From an uncultured Candidatus Actinomarina sp. (GTDB lineage: Bacteria; Actinomycetota; Acidimicrobiia; Actinomarinales; Actinomarinaceae), in the NCBI GenBank assembly GCA_902634185.1, contig CACPJC010000003.1, positions 109,733 through 173,732 of the forward strand: DNA of 64,000 nucleotides, written 5' to 3'. Below are positions 48,717-58,037 of the stretch, piece after piece (the first letter of the stretch is position 1; every line of letters starts with the position of its first letter). A model generated the notes under the pieces. That model saw only the letters and a program-made list of their open reading frames with translations. It was not told the DNA's origin and searched no databases. A program made the translations under genes and the position numbers.

Positions 48717-49577
48717 ATGATAGAAAATAAGTATGCCTCAGCTTTAGATGGTCTTGAAATAGAAGATCCAGTAAAAAGCTTTTTTGATTTCTGTAAAGAA
48801 CGAGAAAAGATAAGAATTTCACGAGAAAATGGTGAAGATTTTCCATGGAGTGCAGATGAAATTTTTCAAAATGGAAGGTTCTTGAATGTCTTTAGAGAAG
48901 ATGATCGAGTTAGTAAATCAATTATTAATTTTGCGGATAATTTAAATGAAGAGCCATCAAAACTTATTAACGCTGTATTTTTTGCAAGGTGGTGCAATAG
49001 GCAAGAAGTTTTAGATACTTTAACGCCCGATGATTTAAATAATCCTGAAAACTTAAAAAATAAATTAGAAAGTATTGATCCATGGTGTAATGAAACTGCA
49101 TATCCGGTTGAACCAGTTACATGGAAAGGTAAACAATACTCAAGAATTGATGCTGCAACTAAATTATTTTACGAGATACAAGGTTCTTTATTAAACATTC
49201 TTAAATCATCAAACAAAAGTGTAATTACTGCAACCAACAACATAAATAAAGAATTTCAGATGCAAAATGATTTTCCAATTTTCATGGCAGTGATTGATAT
49301 TGCTTGGTTTAGACCCGATATTATTCCAATTGAAAGTGAGGTTCCTACAGGAATAGGTGCTGTTGCTTATCTGGATAGATTACAAAATCATCTTGGTTTA
49401 AGTTCCCACCAAGAAGTTGGTGAAAAAATGATTGAACTTCAAAAAACATACTGGCCTGAAGCAAAACGTGGTTTTAATCCAATAGATATAGAATATTTAG
49501 CTTGTGAATGTAGAAAATACTATAGCTATATAAATGGGACAAAGGTTTTTGAAGGTAAAAACAAATTTATACCTTAA
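48717..49577 (+). CDS. aGPT-Pplase1 / 5-hmdU DNA kinase helical-domain family protein (HhH-glycosylase-like)
   Basis: FCKERE.IR..RE.G..FPWSADEIF...RFLNVFREDDRVS and C-terminal DIEYLACECRKY match the family signature as I recall it. Confidence 0.75.
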   Translation: MIENKYASALDGLEIEDPVKSFFDFCKEREKIRISRENGEDFPWSADEIFQNGRFLNVFREDDRVSKSIINFADNLNEEPSKLINAVFFARWCNRQEVLDTLTPDDLNNPENLKNKLESIDPWCNETAYPVEPVTWKGKQYSRIDAATKLFYEIQGSLLNILKSSNKSVITATNNINKEFQMQNDFPIFMAVIDIAWFRPDIIPIESEVPTGIGAVAYLDRLQNHLGLSSHQEVGEKMIELQKTYWPEAKRGFNPIDIEYLACECRKYYSYINGTKVFEGKNKFIP

Positions 49578-50009
49578 TTAGCTAAGTTTATTAATTCTAT
49601 TTATGTATCTTTCCTCATTTAAAAAAGAGGAATTTAAAAATGACTCAGTTATTTCTTTTGCAGCCTCAATATCAAGATTTTCCGAACCGAGACATAGAAC
49701 ATTTACATCATTATGCTCAACAGATTGAATAGCGGTTTTTACATTAGTGACATTAGAAGCTCTTATACCTTTTACTTTATTTGCTGCAATAGACATGCCA
49801 ACACCTGTCCCACAGATTAAAACTCCCTTTGTGTCTTCATTATCCAAAACGAATTCGGATACTTTCGTTGCATAATCTGGAAAATCACAAGGTTCCAAAC
49901 TATCAGTTCCTAAGTCCTCAATTTCAAGATCAGAAGATAAAGATTCTATTAATAATTGTTTTAATTCAAAACCTGCATGATCAGAGGCAATAGCGATTTT
50001 ATTAATCAC
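49578..50009 (-). CDS. rpiB: Ribose-5-phosphate isomerase B
   Basis: ASDHAG, CGTGVGMSIAANKVKGIR, HNDVNVL. Confidence 0.95.
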   Translation of the reverse strand: MINKIAIASDHAGFELKQLLIESLSSDLEIEDLGTDSLEPCDFPDYATKVSEFVLDNEDTKGVLICGTGVGMSIAANKVKGIRASNVTNVKTAIQSVEHNDVNVLCLGSENLDIEAAKEITESFLNSSFLNEERYINRINKLS

Positions 50010-51379
50010 TAGATAAGCTTCTCAATATCCAAAAGATCATCAATATCACCCTCTGACATTAATTCCTTGCTAAGCAATACATCTTTAATTGTTAATCCAC
50101 TTTCCATAGCTTCTTTAGCTACTTCAGCAGCAACATCATACCCAAGCTTTGGTACAAGTGCTGTAACTAGGATTGAGTTTTTTTGAGTATCTTCATTTAG
50201 CTTTTCAGTGTTTGCTTCTAAGTCTTTAATTAGTTTTTCCCCAAACACACTCACTCCAGTAGTGAGTAAAGCAATACTTTCAAGTAGATTGTGAGCCATT
50301 ACAGGAAGCATTGTGTTGAGCTCAAAATTTCCATTCGCTGATGAAAACGTAATAGTTGTATCGTTTCCAATAACTTGAGCTGATACCTGCATCATCATTT
50401 CAGGAATTACAGGATTTACTTTTCCTGGCATTATTGATGATCCTGGTTGCAAAGCAGGGATCTTCAAATCTCCTAATCCAGACACTGGTCCACTACCCAT
50501 CCATCTAATATCATTTGCAATTTTAAAGAGCGATACTGCAAGTGCCTTCAAAGCACTTGATAAATGAACCACTTCTTCTCTTGATCCTTGTCTTGTGAAA
50601 TGATTTTCAACTTCTTTAAAAGGTATACCAATTGATGACTGAAGTTCGCTTGCAACATCGGCCCCAAAATTATCAGGAGCATTTATTCCAGTACCAACGG
50701 CGGTACCCCCAATTGCTAATTTCTGAACATTATCTAAAGAAGCTTTAATGTCCCCCATTCTTTCATTAATGAGGTCAGCATATCCAGAAAATTCTTGGCC
50801 TAAACTAACAGGTGTTGCATCCATTAGATGAGTCCTTCCATTTTTATAGACTTTCTCCCACTGTTTTGCCTTTTCATTAAGTAATGAAATAAGATTATCT
50901 AATTCAGGGATGAGCCCTTCAGTAACATCTATTACAGCAGCAACATTTGTAGCTGTTGGAATAACATCATTTGATGATTGACTCATATTTACATGGTCGT
51001 TTGGATGTATTGATTCACCAGTTTTATCAGATGCTATTTTTGCAATGATTTCATTTGCATTCATATTTGTAGAAGTGCCTGATCCTGTTTGGAAAATATC
51101 AACAGCAAAATCTTTGTCATGATTACCTGAGATTACCTCTTCAGCACCATCAATAATTGCAGTTGCTATTTTTTTACCTAATAATTTATTATCTTGATTT
51201 ACTACAGCACAAGCTTTTTTAATTTCACCAAGTGCTCTTATAAATGATCGAGAGAACTTAAGTTCTGAAATTGGAAAATTTTCAATTGCTCTTGCAGTTG
51301 AAGCACCATACATAGCATCAATAGGTACTTCAAATTCACCCATTGAGTCTTTTTCTATTCTTGTTTCTTTTTTATTCAA
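50009..51379 (-). CDS. fumC: Fumarate hydratase class II
   Basis: RIEKDSMG, QTGSGTSTNMN, SQSSND, GRTHLMDA, PGSSIMPGKVNP. Confidence 0.95.
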   Translation of the reverse strand: MNKKETRIEKDSMGEFEVPIDAMYGASTARAIENFPISELKFSRSFIRALGEIKKACAVVNQDNKLLGKKIATAIIDGAEEVISGNHDKDFAVDIFQTGSGTSTNMNANEIIAKIASDKTGESIHPNDHVNMSQSSNDVIPTATNVAAVIDVTEGLIPELDNLISLLNEKAKQWEKVYKNGRTHLMDATPVSLGQEFSGYADLINERMGDIKASLDNVQKLAIGGTAVGTGINAPDNFGADVASELQSSIGIPFKEVENHFTRQGSREEVVHLSSALKALAVSLFKIANDIRWMGSGPVSGLGDLKIPALQPGSSIMPGKVNPVIPEMMMQVSAQVIGNDTTITFSSANGNFELNTMLPVMAHNLLESIALLTTGVSVFGEKLIKDLEANTEKLNEDTQKNSILVTALVPKLGYDVAAEVAKEAMESGLTIKDVLLSKELMSEGDIDDLLDIEKLI

Positions 51380-52077
51380 TTTTCTTCCTGATATTGAGTG
51401 TATCCACCAGAATCGACTTCTTCAATCAATTCATCTGAACCTGATTTAACGATTTTACCGTTAACAACAATGTGGACTTTATCAACATCAAGATATTTCA
51501 GTATTCTGCTGTAGTGAGTAACTAATATATAGGATGTTTTTTCATCTCTATTTTCGTTAATCAAAGATGCAACAGATTTAATTGCATCAATATCTAAACC
51601 TGAGTCTATTTCATCAAGAAGGGCTAAAGATGGCTTCATCAATGATAATTGAAATAATTCTGATCTTTTTTTCTCCCCACCAGATAGATCAACGTTTACA
51701 TCACGATCTAAGAATTCTTCTAAGTTAAATCTTTTAGATGTTTCAATTAGCTCATCTTCATCTACATTTTCTAAGAACGATTCTGTAAATTCTTTTAACG
51801 TAACACCTGGTAAACCTACGGGATATTGAAATGATTGAAAAATTCCTTTTTCTGCTCTTTCAAACTGTGGAATTGATAATACGTCATCTCCATTAAGTGT
51901 CACCTTACCTTCTTTTTCATAATCAGTATTACCCATAAGTACATGACAAAGAGTTGATTTTCCTGAACCATTTGGTCCCATGACTGCATGGAGTTCTCCA
52001 CTGCTTATCTCTAAATCTATCCCCTTTAGAATTTCAACATCACCAATTGAGGCTTTTAGGTTTTCTATTTTAAGCAT
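51376..52077 (-). CDS. sufC: Fe-S assembly ATPase SufC (copy 2)
   Basis: HAVMGPNGSGKST, FQYP, LSGGEKKRSE, LDEIDSGLD, VTHY. Confidence 0.93.
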   Translation of the reverse strand: MLKIENLKASIGDVEILKGIDLEISSGELHAVMGPNGSGKSTLCHVLMGNTDYEKEGKVTLNGDDVLSIPQFERAEKGIFQSFQYPVGLPGVTLKEFTESFLENVDEDELIETSKRFNLEEFLDRDVNVDLSGGEKKRSELFQLSLMKPSLALLDEIDSGLDIDAIKSVASLINENRDEKTSYILVTHYSRILKYLDVDKVHIVVNGKIVKSGSDELIEEVDSGGYTQYQEEN

Positions 52078-52384
52078 TGTCTTCCATTTCTAAACAAATA
52101 ACTTCATCTTCGACAGTAATTTCATATGTAGCAACTGGTTTAGTTGCAGGTAAAGTTACAGCCTCTCCTGTTTTTAAATCAAATTCTGCACCGTGCAATG
52201 GACATTCAATTTTACAATCAAATACTTCTCCTTCAGCAAGTGATGCTTCTGCGTGGGAACACATATCGTCTATGGCAAAGTATTCACCCTCAACATTAAA
52301 AATTGCTATGTCTTTATCATCAATACTTACAACTCTTACAGAATTTTCATTTACTTCTGATGTGTTTATGGTTTTAACTTTCAT
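52070..52384 (-). CDS. Rieske-type [2Fe-2S] ferredoxin
   Basis: CSH...CPLH Rieske ligands. Confidence 0.93.
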   Translation of the reverse strand: MKVKTINTSEVNENSVRVVSIDDKDIAIFNVEGEYFAIDDMCSHAEASLAEGEVFDCKIECPLHGAEFDLKTGEAVTLPATKPVATYEITVEDEVICLEMEDNA

Positions 52385-53543
52385 CTGATTTTCTTCCTAA
52401 GATATTTTCATACTTTTTAGCTAAAGTATCTGCAACTTCATCATGAATAATTTCCCAAGCATCCTCATTGATTACTTCATTAAAGAAACCTTTAATTAAT
52501 AATTTTTCAGCATCTTCTTTATTTATGCCTCTAGACATAACATAGTGATATAGAGTTTCATCAATTGGCCCAACTGATGAACCATGTCCACAAATAACGT
52601 CATCACAAAGAATCTCTAAGTTTGGAACAGATTGCGCTGATGCTTTTTCAGTTAGAATTATGTTTCTATTTTCTTGCTGCGATTCTGTTTTAACAGCTCC
52701 CTCAGCAATATGTATAGTACCTGTAAATATAGAAGAACTTTCATCACCTAATACACCTTTGGTAATCATATTTGATGTTGTGCTTTTGCCTAGGTGATTC
52801 ACAAATACTCTTGTGTCATGTATCTGAGCATTCTCTCCAAAATATACACCATCAATTTCAAATCCAGAACCATTGCCATATAAATCAATATCTAATCTTG
52901 ATCTAGAAAACAAACAACCAGTACTGACCATATGAACAGATAGATTTGCATCATTTAAAAGTTTGGCGTAAAGATTATTGACAATACTTATGTCATTTTT
53001 TGATGTTACATTGATAATCAATTCTAGAGTTGCATTCTGTTCTAGAAATAATTCTATTGCAGGAAATATATTGCCATTTACCAAATCACCAAAATTTAAT
53101 AGGAGTTTACCTGATTTATTTTTTGCTACATTTACACCTAGATATGGGACTGCTGTTTCCTCATTTTGAAAATTAATTGAATAGTACTGACTAAAGTCAT
53201 CTTTAACATTAAGTTGAAATCCACCAGTTAATTTCTCAAATTGTTCAACTAAAAATTTATCTAATGGTCTTTTAATTGATTCGTCGATGATTGGTTTCTT
53301 TATATTTGCAATGTCTGTGACTTCTATTTTTTCTTCTTCAACGTTAACAACAAATTCGTGACAATTTGAATCAATGTTAAATGTTTCATCTTTTTCAATA
53401 TTTACAGGTTTACCAATTTCAAATTCATTGACTGAATACACATTTTTTCCTGTGTATTTCCAGTCTTCATTTTTTACAGATATATCAGGAAAATCTTTAG
53501 ATGTTATTTTTCCAAGATTTTTTTCAACTAATTTTGTGTTCAA
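52374..53543 (-). CDS. sufD: Fe-S assembly protein SufD
   Basis: EDWKYT, PNLEI..DDV.CGHG, YVMSRGI. Confidence 0.92.
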   Translation of the reverse strand: MNTKLVEKNLGKITSKDFPDISVKNEDWKYTGKNVYSVNEFEIGKPVNIEKDETFNIDSNCHEFVVNVEEEKIEVTDIANIKKPIIDESIKRPLDKFLVEQFEKLTGGFQLNVKDDFSQYYSINFQNEETAVPYLGVNVAKNKSGKLLLNFGDLVNGNIFPAIELFLEQNATLELIINVTSKNDISIVNNLYAKLLNDANLSVHMVSTGCLFSRSRLDIDLYGNGSGFEIDGVYFGENAQIHDTRVFVNHLGKSTTSNMITKGVLGDESSSIFTGTIHIAEGAVKTESQQENRNIILTEKASAQSVPNLEILCDDVICGHGSSVGPIDETLYHYVMSRGINKEDAEKLLIKGFFNEVINEDAWEIIHDEVADTLAKKYENILGRKSDES

Positions 53544-53559
53544 ATTACTTCCTATGCAA

Positions 53560-54969
53560 TTAACCTACGGCACCGGCCTCAATCATATTGAGTTCGATTA
53601 ATTTGTTAAATTCCATTGCATATTCCATTGGAAGTGTTTTTGTAAATTCTTCGACAAAGCCCGCAACGATCATTGAAGTTGCCTCTTCTTCGGAAAGCCC
53701 GCGACTCATCAAGTAAAAAAGCTGATCTTCTCCAACTTTTGAAACTGTTGCTTCATGGCCAATTTCTGCTGAAGATTCTTCAATCTCCATATAAGGATAT
53801 GTATCTGATCTTGATTCATCATCTAAAATCAGTGCATCACATCTTACAAAACTTTTTGCTGTTTCAGAACCGTCCTCTACTCTAACTAAACCTCTATAGG
53901 CTCCTCTTCCACCGCCTTTTGAAATAGATTTTGAAGTAATCAAGGAAGTAGTATCAGGAGCAAGATGTACCATCTTTGCACCTGTGTCCTGATGTTGGCC
54001 ACTATTTGCAAATGCGACTGACAAAACCTCACCATGAGCTCCTGGCTCCATCAAGTAAACAGATGGATATTTTACTGTTAATCCTGAACCAAGGTTTGCA
54101 TCGATCCATTCCATTGTTGCATTGCCATATGCTTGTGCTCTTTTTGTCACTAAGTTATAAACATCATTTGACCAGTTTTGGATTGTTGTATATCTGCAAG
54201 TACCCGATGCCTTTACTACAATTTCAACCACTGCTGAGTGCAATGAATCTGTTGTGTAAACAGGTGCTGAACATCCCTCTATATAATGAACTGATGCTCC
54301 CTCATCAACAAGAATTAAGGTTCTTTCAAATTGGCCCATATTCTCAGCATTGATTCTGAAATATGCCTGCAGAGGATCTTCAACATGAACGCCTTTTGGT
54401 ACATAAATAAAAGATCCACCAGACCATACTGCAGAATTTAATGCTGCAAATTTATTGTCTCCAGGAGGAATAACTGTTCCAAAATATTCTTTAACAAGTT
54501 CAGGATATTCTCTGACAGCAGTGTCCATGTCACAAAATAGAACACCTAATTTCTCAAGATCTTCACGATTTTTGTGATAAACAACTTCACTTTCGTATTG
54601 TGCTGTAACTCCTGCAAGGTAACTTCTTTCTGCTTCAGGAATACCTAATTTTTCATAGGTTTGTTTGATCTCTTCAGGTACTTCATCCCATGAATCTGCC
54701 TGATTTTCAGTTGGTTTGATGTAGTAATAGATATCATCGAAATCTAATTTATTTAGTTTATCTTTAGCTACCCATTCAGGCATAGGTTTATCAAGAAATC
54801 TTTTATATGCTTTTAATCTAAAATCGAGCATCCATTCTGGCTCTTCTTTAATTTCAGACATTTTTCTAATAATGTCTTCATTCAATCCTTTTTCAGGTTT
54901 AAAAACATTCTTTTCAGGGTCAGACCACCCCAAAGAGTATTTACCAATATCTATATCTACGTCAGTCAT
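53560..54969 (-). CDS. sufB: Fe-S assembly protein SufB
   Basis: [38 protein letters not shown]. Confidence 0.97.
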   Translation of the reverse strand: MTDVDIDIGKYSLGWSDPEKNVFKPEKGLNEDIIRKMSEIKEEPEWMLDFRLKAYKRFLDKPMPEWVAKDKLNKLDFDDIYYYIKPTENQADSWDEVPEEIKQTYEKLGIPEAERSYLAGVTAQYESEVVYHKNREDLEKLGVLFCDMDTAVREYPELVKEYFGTVIPPGDNKFAALNSAVWSGGSFIYVPKGVHVEDPLQAYFRINAENMGQFERTLILVDEGASVHYIEGCSAPVYTTDSLHSAVVEIVVKASGTCRYTTIQNWSNDVYNLVTKRAQAYGNATMEWIDANLGSGLTVKYPSVYLMEPGAHGEVLSVAFANSGQHQDTGAKMVHLAPDTTSLITSKSISKGGGRGAYRGLVRVEDGSETAKSFVRCDALILDDESRSDTYPYMEIEESSAEIGHEATVSKVGEDQLFYLMSRGLSEEEATSMIVAGFVEEFTKTLPMEYAMEFNKLIELNMIEAGAVG

Positions 54970-54997
54970 AATCTAATTCTAGTTAAGTCTCGTTTCA

Positions 54998-55033
54998 ATA
55001 ATAAGAGCAATGAATATAGATTTCTCTTATTAT
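54998..55033. promoter_or_regulatory. 10-bp inverted repeat in the sufB divergent promoter region (candidate operator)
   Basis: ATAATAAGAG-N16-CTCTTATTAT. Confidence 0.35.
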
Positions 55034-55047
55034 AAATTAAACTTTAA

Positions 55048-55485
55048 TTGATGCCTGTTATATGTGTAAATCCATCTAATAGTTCTGAAAAAGAAATTGT
55101 TGAAAAACTATCTTTGCAAAATGGTGATTTGAGGGTGTTTCTATCTGATCAATTAGAAGATACATTTAATAAATCTATTCCTGGAAAAAAAGCAATAGGT
55201 GATATTTTAGATGATACTCACATCTCAACAGCTTCACACGGTGCATTTTGTGGCGTATTTTTTGAAGATATCAATTCGGATCTTAGAAATGTTTTTCTGA
55301 GTGCTATTAAAGAAAGTACCCTTAAAAGAATTTTATGGGTTTCAGAAAGTCCACCTACTGATGAAATTTTAAAAATAAGTAACTTGGCTTATTTGCAACA
55401 TAAAAATTATGAAAATTTAACTGAAGAAATCTTGGAGTTAGAAAGTAAAGAAGAAATAGAATTTGGTTTTAAGGAAATAACGTAA
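55048..55485 (+). CDS. Hypothetical protein, degenerate Rossmann-like fold
   Basis: beta-alpha pattern MPVICV / LRVFLSD / KAIGDILD / GAFCGVF resembling short NAD(P)-binding domains. Confidence 0.55.
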   Translation: MMPVICVNPSNSSEKEIVEKLSLQNGDLRVFLSDQLEDTFNKSIPGKKAIGDILDDTHISTASHGAFCGVFFEDINSDLRNVFLSAIKESTLKRILWVSESPPTDEILKISNLAYLQHKNYENLTEEILELESKEEIEFGFKEIT

Positions 55486-55491
55486 TAGATC

Positions 55492-56322
55492 ATGTCAAAA
55501 GAATCAGTTTATAAAGATGGATCAGGTTCAAGAAAAGGATTTGTTTCAAAATTTCAAACTGAGACTAACTTTGAAACACAATCAGAAAACAATGTATCAA
55601 AGTTAAAAAATAAAATATTTAATAAAAGCGCCGAAGATATGAGTGAGTTAATTGATAATTGTGTCTCTTTAACGGTTACTTCACCTCCATACAACGTTGG
55701 CAAATTAAGTGATCTTGATCTTGATGACAAAAAATATTGGAAGTTAATGGAATCATGTTTTCAAGAAGTTTACAGAGTTACAGAATCAGGAGGTCGTCTA
55801 ATTGTTAATGTAGCAAATTTAGGAAGGAAGCCTTATATACCTTTCTCAGATCAATTTACGGACATGTTGACTAAATTAGGATTCATTATGAGGGGTGAAA
55901 TAATTTGGCAAAAATCTAAAGGTGCTAATGCAAACTTTGCTTGGGGCAGTTGGTTATCTGCTTCAAATCCAGTGATTAGAGATCTTCATGAATACTGTTT
56001 GGTATTTTCAAAAGAATCATTAAATAGAAATAAGGAAGGTGTATCTACAATTGACAAAGAAGAATTTATGGATTCAACACTTTCAATATGGAACATTCTT
56101 CCAGCAAAGGCAAAAAAAATTGGCCATCCAGCACCTTTTCCTGAAGAACTAGTTGATAGATTTATAAATTTATATTCTTATAAGGATGAATTAATACTGG
56201 ATCCATTTATGGGAAGTGGAACAACAGCTTTGGCTGCTTTAAATTCAAATAGAAAGTATGTCGGTTACGAAATAAATAAAGAGTATTGTGATTTGGCTAA
56301 TAATAGAATTAAAGATCGTTAA
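55492..56322 (+). CDS. Site-specific DNA methyltransferase (N4-C/N6-A, beta class), orphan
   Basis: VTSPPYN (motif IV), IIWQK, HPAPFPEEL, LDPFMGSGTT (motif I), GYEIN. Confidence 0.93.
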   Translation: MSKESVYKDGSGSRKGFVSKFQTETNFETQSENNVSKLKNKIFNKSAEDMSELIDNCVSLTVTSPPYNVGKLSDLDLDDKKYWKLMESCFQEVYRVTESGGRLIVNVANLGRKPYIPFSDQFTDMLTKLGFIMRGEIIWQKSKGANANFAWGSWLSASNPVIRDLHEYCLVFSKESLNRNKEGVSTIDKEEFMDSTLSIWNILPAKAKKIGHPAPFPEELVDRFINLYSYKDELILDPFMGSGTTALAALNSNRKYVGYEINKEYCDLANNRIKDR

Positions 56323-58036
56323 CTAAGTTCCAGGCAGAAAAAAGGTCTCTGTAAGTCTGATTATTTTTTAACAAATTGTTATGGCTGTCAAAACCAATTA
56401 AATTTCCATTTTCCATCACCATTATTTTTTCAGCATTTAAAACTGTTTCGAGCCTATGAGCAATAACTATGGAAGTTTGAAAAGCCAAAAGTTTTTCGGT
56501 TGCATCTAAAATTGACGACTCAGATTCAATGTCTAAATTGGCTGTTGCCTCGTCAAAGACAATAATTTTTCGTTTTGCTAATACAGCTCTTAAAAGAGCT
56601 ACAAATTGTCTTTCCCCTGCTGAAATATTTCCACCTCTTTCTCCAACCTCTTGATCAAGCTTGTTTTCATATCTATCAAACCAATCAAGAACACCTATAG
56701 AAGATAATTCCTCTTCTAAAGATTCAAAATCAGGTTTTGAATACATGAGATTTTCCCGAATTGTTCCTCTGAACAAGAAGCTTTCTTGTGGAACAAATGC
56801 AACATTTTCTCTAACCCAATCTTCATCAACATCGTTAGAATCGACACCAAAATATTTCATACTGCCATTTGTGGGAAGATAAAATCTTAGAATTAATTTT
56901 GCAATAGTGCTTTTACCCGCTCCCGTTTCTCCGACAATTGCAATCTTGTCTCCTTTATTTATTGAAAATGAAACTCCATGCAAGACATTTTCTCTTCCAT
57001 ATGAAAAAGATACATTATCAAATTCAACTGTCTTTTCTAAATCATTATCAGGAAACTCATCACCTTTTTTGCTCAAATTAGGCTTTTCATCAAGAATTGA
57101 GAAAACTTTCTTCATTGAGGAGCCCGCTGATCTCAATGTATCGTAATTAAATGACAATTGGATGAGAGGGTCAAAAAAATAGTTCAAATAAAATAGAAGT
57201 GCAACCAATTCTCCAACGGAAAGAGTTCCTTCAGATATTCTCTGAGAGCCAAACCATAAGACTGTTGCTATCGATGACACTCTTGTAAATTCCAAAAAAG
57301 GAAAATAAACTGCAATGTTTCTTGCTGATCTCATGTTTGCTTTGAAATGTTCTTTATTGACGTTTTTAAATCTTTTTATTTGAGTATCTTCATCGGTATA
57401 TGCTTGAATCACTCTGACACCAGAAATGCCTTCCTGAAGAGAGGATAGCACTTGTCCTATCCACTCTCTTACCTCCCAATAAGTTGTGTCAGCATAGTTT
57501 CTGAAAATTTTAGTTGCTATTGCCAATATCGGCATGATTACAAAAGCAAGTATGGATAACTGAACATCTACCAAAAAGACAGCAACAACAGCACCAAATA
57601 TTGTTAACAACGCTGTTATCACACTACTTGCGCCTTCTCTCGCAAATTCATTTAAACTCTGCATATCTGAAGTTAGTCGAGCAACCAATACACCTGTTTT
57701 ATTTTTTTCGAAATAGTTAATATCAAGTGAAGACATATGTCTAAATAATTTTTCTCTCACTCTTCGGACATAGGTCTCTCCTACCATACCTATTGAAAGC
57801 AACGCCTGACTAGTGACAAAATACAGAAGAATTAATGTAATAAAATAAAATAAAGATTGTTGAAGAACATAGTTGTAGTCAGATTTCAATACGCCGTCAT
57901 CTATTCCATTTGATATTAGATTTGGTCCGACCATTCTTAATCCTGTTGCTAATAGAGCAATGAATGAGCTAATAAAAAATTTGTTGATTACCTCTGGAAC
58001 CAATTTCATAGATCTTGAAAAAGTTTTATCTTTCAA
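56309..58036 (-). CDS. ABC exporter, fused TMD-NBD (heterodimer partner 2)
   Basis: Six TM, GETGAGKST, ISAGERQ, FDEATA, IAHRL; likely TTG start 1 nt after the upstream stop. Confidence 0.93.
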   Translation of the reverse strand: MKDKTFSRSMKLVPEVINKFFISSFIALLATGLRMVGPNLISNGIDDGVLKSDYNYVLQQSLFYFITLILLYFVTSQALLSIGMVGETYVRRVREKLFRHMSSLDINYFEKNKTGVLVARLTSDMQSLNEFAREGASSVITALLTIFGAVVAVFLVDVQLSILAFVIMPILAIATKIFRNYADTTYWEVREWIGQVLSSLQEGISGVRVIQAYTDEDTQIKRFKNVNKEHFKANMRSARNIAVYFPFLEFTRVSSIATVLWFGSQRISEGTLSVGELVALLFYLNYFFDPLIQLSFNYDTLRSAGSSMKKVFSILDEKPNLSKKGDEFPDNDLEKTVEFDNVSFSYGRENVLHGVSFSINKGDKIAIVGETGAGKSTIAKLILRFYLPTNGSMKYFGVDSNDVDEDWVRENVAFVPQESFLFRGTIRENLMYSKPDFESLEEELSSIGVLDWFDRYENKLDQEVGERGGNISAGERQFVALLRAVLAKRKIIVFDEATANLDIESESSILDATEKLLAFQTSIVIAHRLETVLNAEKIMVMENGNLIGFDSHNNLLKNNQTYRDLFSAWNLVNDL

Positions 58037-58037
58037 C

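Noticed and set aside
47684-49577. Prophage
   Set aside because: No integrase, structural or replication genes and no att-like repeats; the genes are translationally coupled to core pyr genes
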